The notes beneath the pieces are model-generated. The model worked only from the letters and a program-made list of their open reading frames with translations. It had not been told where the DNA came from and searched no databases. Both the position numbers and the translations under genes were made by a program. DNA of 63,995 nucleotides, counting the filler, from Licmophora abbreviata (lineage: Eukaryota): the NCBI GenBank assembly GCA_900291995.1. It is 13 parts of 13 records of this genome, joined end to end, with 100 filler letters (N's around TTAATTAATTAA, not from the genome) between each part and the next. Parts side by side here need not be neighbours in the genome. Positions count along the whole stretch, not along the records: positions 59,387 to 62,556 come from OLMU01006143.1; positions 62,657 to 63,995 come from OLMU01006164.1; 11 more parts are not named here. One strand, 5' to 3'. Below are positions 59,679-63,995 of the stretch, piece after piece. Within the stretch, counting starts at the first letter, position 1, and each line of letters starts with the position of its first letter.

Positions 59679-60698
59679 CTAGACGGCTTCCCACAAGCCC
59701 GTGTCCCACTTGTGCGCCAAGTCACACTCACTTGCGTAAATCACCTCCCTCGCCTTGGGATGATGGTGCTGCGACACACAGCGCCCATCCAACGGCTTCC
59801 ACTCAAACGGTTGTCCGTTCGGACGGAATCCCATCCACCTCTGACGCGGTTCTGCTTTGTCACACTTTTCCAGAGCCATGTAGCGTGCCTGCTTGCGTTC
59901 CATACACAAATTGGTATTGGCCACTTGCACCAAGTCACCCTGTTTGTTGTCGCGCTTGTAGATCTTGAACTTGGCATTGTTGCCACTGTTCTTACACTTT
60001 TGCAACCAAAACTGATCACCTTTTTCACACTTGCCGCTGGATCTAGCTTCACAGCCCTATGTGTGTTGCACGAGTGGATGATGGTGGATGACGTGAGCAA
60101 TTGGATGCGACGCATGTACGACAACACCCATCCTTGCAGCTGCAATAGTATGACTCACCTCTCCGAATCCACTGGCAGTTAGAGGAGTGCACTTGGCACA
60201 CTCCAGACACCACTGTTTTTCAAAGGATTCCTCCTGCCAGTAGTATCCCTTGCGCCAGTACAACTTCAACCGAAACGAGTAGTCCGGAGGGATCGGCGGT
60301 GCCGTCGGGTTTTTGGTAGGGGCGGGCGTAGGATTGGCCGTCGGCTTTTGAGTGGGGAAAGGAGTAGGGGCGGGCGACACCGTGGGTGCCGTCGTCGGCT
60401 CCTCTGTTGGTTTCAAGGTGGGACGCAAGGTGGGTTGGCCCGTAGGAAGGATTGACGGCATGCCGGTGGGGTACGACGAGGGTCGCAGGGAGGGAAAGCG
60501 AGAGATGGAGGGGCTCGGAGACGGCATCATGCTGACTGTCGGGTGAGAGGTTGCAAGGGGATCCACTCTAGGAGAGATGGCCAAGCTAGCTTGATCGTCC
60601 GAAGATGACTTGCCTCCAGCAATGAGACCGATCGCAAGTCCTACCGCGCCAATGATGACGAGCGCGGCGCCAATCGCCAAAAGTCGAGAGGGAGCCAT
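59679..60698 (-). CDS. Membrane-anchored protein with PTxxP stalk and ricin-B-like Cys domain
   Basis: N-terminal TM, Pro/Thr repeats, FRLKLYW...WCLEC, intron 60057-60158, TNLCM...CD...QRW. Confidence 0.65.
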
Positions 60699-61118
60699 CG
60701 TTTCTTGTCGTTGCTTTTAGAAAGACGAGACTTTCGTTCGGGGAAATATGAAAAGGTGCAACCTTCGCCTCCACAGATGCCTCTTTTGAAGAGTTGTGGG
60801 GCCTCCCACGTGTCTCACATCATCCCATTATCCTCTCTCATCTTTCAAATTTGTGTCGTGACGGGATTCTCAATTTGTTTGAATTTTGAATTTGAGTGGG
60901 CCGAAAATTTGGCATGGGCGTGTAGCATGGTGGTCATAATGGTAAACGTGAATGTATCTATATATACGATTGAAAATGTCTTTCGATAAGTAGCAAGCAT
61001 GAATCCGGGTCTCTTCTGAAATCATGGTCCGTCCCTCCACCCGCGTTCACAGAAGTCATTCTCGTTCTGAACAAGTCCGGCGCAACGCACCAAGAAACAC
61101 AACGATGCAGCCTCGACC

Positions 61119-62556
61119 ATGGCGCCAGATCCAGTCGTTTCTGGGTCCTTGGGAGGATTCTCCGGTGAATCTACCTTTTCGGATAGCAGCAGCAGTAGTA
61201 GTACTGCGCCTCAGATACTCTCGCGCTCTGCCTTTCCTCAATTGATTCAAAATTTGGACGCCGGCGATGTACTCGAGTGCTACCAGCTTACCCGACAAGC
61301 CAAACTGAATTTGCCCTTACAGTCGTCTTCAAATCGCAACGATACTCTGACCACTACGAAATTGGCCATTGGATTGCGTTATCAACCGAATAACTACAAT
61401 CCCAAGAGACCGTTGGAGTTTACGCTGGAATACGGCCCGACGAGGTTCGGCCTCCAACAAGATCGAGAGGCTGTCCCTCACATACTCAGTGAAAGTAGCT
61501 CGGAGGGATTCCTTACCTACGAAAACGAGGCCAATGTGTACTATACCATGTCGATTCACCCCGAGTACTATGATTCGGCGATTTTTATGGCATCACTGAC
61601 CGGGGCGGTACTTCCGTCACTGCTGGAGCAGGCATTGCGATATCCCATGAATCACCCGCGGTATCAGCCGTTTGCTGTCTATCAAGTATCTGATGAAAAG
61701 GAAATCGATGATGAAAATGGGCAAGGTGGAGACGGGGACGATCCAAGAGGACGACAGGAGGACGAGACGGCGGACGGGGATATGGATTCTGCTGCTGCTA
61801 CTTCCGCCGTTGCACCTCCCAAACTCGTATTGAAGTCCAGTGCCAGCAGCGACTTTTTGCAGCACCTCTGGCAGTTCTTGGCGAGAGTCAGGGTCGAACT
61901 AGAGCCCATCATTCCTCCCCCGGTCGATCAAGCGCGCTTGTATGTCTCCAATATTGAAAAGGTATCCGGTGTCGATGAAGCTACCCAGTCCTTGGTGTCG
62001 ACGCAGGCGTCCATCTTTTATTCCAAACTGCAGAAGTGTGTCCTGGCGCTTGCGACTTCAGATTACTCCGAGTACTTTCCCACCATGGCGCCCAGTCTTA
62101 CCATTGTTCCGACGACCGCCATGCCGAGCGCTACGAGCGGTTCTGGGGAGGCGGATGAGAACGATGATGGCGATGAAGATGCGAGCGAAGATAATACTGA
62201 CGATGGCAATGCTACGGCGACCTCAGCAGCTCCCACTGCGACACCGGACGGCAAAAATGACCGCCATAGAAGAACCGCACAAGGACGAACGAAACGCAAG
62301 CTACCACCACAAATAGAAGAGGGGGATGATTCTGGGGGAGACGATGAGTCGACAAGTGACGCTCAGACGATCGACGTGGACGGAGACTTCGCGGACAAGG
62401 ACGAGATCGCGTCATCGCTCGTTCCATCCATGACACCATCCGGGCCAACAAACGACGATGGAGCTGAAGTCATTGCTACAAACAACTCCTCGTTTTCGCC
62501 CATGCCGTCATCAGCCCCCTCGCCGTCCGATATCGACGAGGCAGCGCAGGCCCAAC
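61119..62556 (+). CDS. Hypothetical protein, 3' end in gap
   Basis: ORF of about 480 codons with a globular part followed by an acidic Ser/Pro-rich region. Confidence 0.65.
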
Positions 62557-62922
62557 NNNNNNNNNNNNNNNNNNNNNNNNNNNNNNNNNNNNNNNNNNNN
62601 TTAATTAATTAANNNNNNNNNNNNNNNNNNNNNNNNNNNNNNNNNNNNNNNNNNNNCGTGCGCGTGGTGAGTGTGAGAAGTGGCAACGCGGGTAAAATAC
62701 GCCACAGTCAGCAGGAAGGGGTCGTGTATCTCACAATCCTATTGTTGCCCGAGCAGATTCATTCGTTGACACAAGTTCACCTTGCCAATAGATTTTGCCG
62801 GGTATTGTACCTGATCTGAAGAAGAAGGGATTGATTCCTCGCTTGCTCACCTCTCTTTTTTAGCACCGTTCGGAGAATACGAAGTACAGTCTTGCAGTGC
62901 TTCTTCGTACTGTCTCTGCACC

Positions 62923-63995
62923 ATGTCATCAGGATGTGGGTTTCCAGCGCTAGTTCTGGTTTTTTTCTGCTCTCTACCGCTACTAGCTTCAGCTAATACT
63001 GCAAGGCTTTCAGTAGCCGGGGCCTCCTACAAAGGAAAAATTGCCAGGTTTGGAAATCCTATCGACGACGGCTTCTTGCGTTCGGGCATCTTGTTGCTCC
63101 CTGCCCAAGAGGACAAGGAGCTATGCAGTTTTCCAGAAACCCTGCTGAATGCGACTGTAGAATATCCTAATCCGGTGGCTCTCCTGGTCAGTCTCGGAGG
63201 CTGTAATCCGCGAGTCAAGGCTGAGGTAGCACTGTCCCTGAATCAGAACTTTTCCTCCCAAATCAAATACATTTTCATGTCCAACACGGACTCTCGAAAC
63301 TTTGATGGCGTGCCTCCCTTGCGACTGGAGAATACGGAGCTTGATCCAAGTCTGTTCGACGACATGACTTTTCTATCCCTGAGTACAGCAACAGGAGCAT
63401 CCATTCAAGCTGATATTTGGGATGAAGTTTCCAGCACCGGGGAGAGCCCATTCCTGTCGCCCGCTGGCATTGGCACCTGGGATATGTGGTTCGGTCTGCG
63501 ATCCACGCCTATCAATGATCCTCCGAGGGTGCCCAGAAATGCCGAAGATGACAGAGGTGTGACTTTCTTTTATTTAATACGGTTCGTCCTCTTTGGACTC
63601 TTCATTGTGGCACCATGTCTGCGTATGGCATACTTGTGGCGCGCTGGAGGAGGAACTATATCCTTGCGAAGGAACGAACAAGGGCGAATAAACGGGATAT
63701 TATATATACGACCAGAGGCGTACTGGTTTGTCAGCAGTGCTTCTCGGTCTCGACCAGATGAGCGGCATCAAGCAGAAGCAAGGAGTGGGCTTCTTACCGA
63801 AGAGCAAGTTTTGGCGCTTCCCGAAATATCCTTTCAAGAGCAGCCAGTTGACGAGGAAATGGCGACTAATGGTCGAGCAACGAGTAGCGCTCAATCCGAA
63901 CAATCACCAGAAGGCCATTCGGGATCATCTGCGCATGCGGGCGAGGAATGTACTTCTTCCTCTACGACTTGCTCCATTTGTATTGAAGACTTTGA
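62923..63995 (+). CDS. PA domain - TM - RING-H2 E3 ligase (RMR/RNF13-like), 3' truncated; absent from the ORF track
   Basis: Signal peptide from ATG 62923, ARFG, VALLVSLGGC...K (PA domain), TM FFYLIRFVLFGLFIVAPCL, LTEEQVLALP, and TTCSICIEDF at the window end. Confidence 0.85.
   Translation, partial: MSSGCGFPALVLVFFCSLPLLASANTARLSVAGASYKGKIARFGNPIDDGFLRSGILLLPAQEDKELCSFPETLLNATVEYPNPVALLVSLGGCNPRVKAEVALSLNQNFSSQIKYIFMSNTDSRNFDGVPPLRLENTELDPSLFDDMTFLSLSTATGASIQADIWDEVSSTGESPFLSPAGIGTWDMWFGLRSTPINDPPRVPRNAEDDRGVTFFYLIRFVLFGLFIVAPCLRMAYLWRAGGGTISLRRNEQGRINGILYIRPEAYWFVSSASRSRPDERHQAEARSGLLTEEQVLALPEISFQEQPVDEEMATNGRATSSAQSEQSPEGHSGSSAHAGEECTSSSTTCSICIEDF

Noticed and set aside
18332..62656. Recurrent TTAATTAATTAA palindrome
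   Set aside because: Always centred in 100-nt N blocks; it is a six-frame-stop assembly linker.

Overview
Eukaryotic, gene-dense DNA that looks like a diatom (stramenopile) draft genome. It has short GT-AG introns, bipartite signal+ASAFAP-type plastid presequences and diatom-style Ser/Pro stalk proteins. Contigs are joined by 12 artificial 100-nt linkers (N-TTAATTAATTAA-N), and several genes carry single-base frameshifts in homopolymers that are probably sequencing errors. Housekeeping content: AK-HSDH, an LCAT/PDAT-family acyltransferase, METH, an SDR, an RCCR-like protein, a SulP-STAS-cNMP transporter, an S41 protease, a DUS1-like enzyme, tRNA-Leu(UAA) and a PA-TM-RING ligase. The most notable region is 20-27 kb. 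It holds a complete TA-flanked IS630/Tc1/mariner-type element (23556-26841) with ~150-bp TIRs, encoding a DD38E transposase plus a convergent, intron-containing, Cys-rich second gene. The element sits 68 bp upstream of a candidate immune-type gene (variable 28-aa LRRs, coiled coil, non-RD kinase, RING-like finger, C-terminal domain). A Ty1/copia element (54.9-59.3 kb) has a gag UGA-C stop followed by an open in-frame extension. All family calls come from motif recognition by eye; no searches were run.
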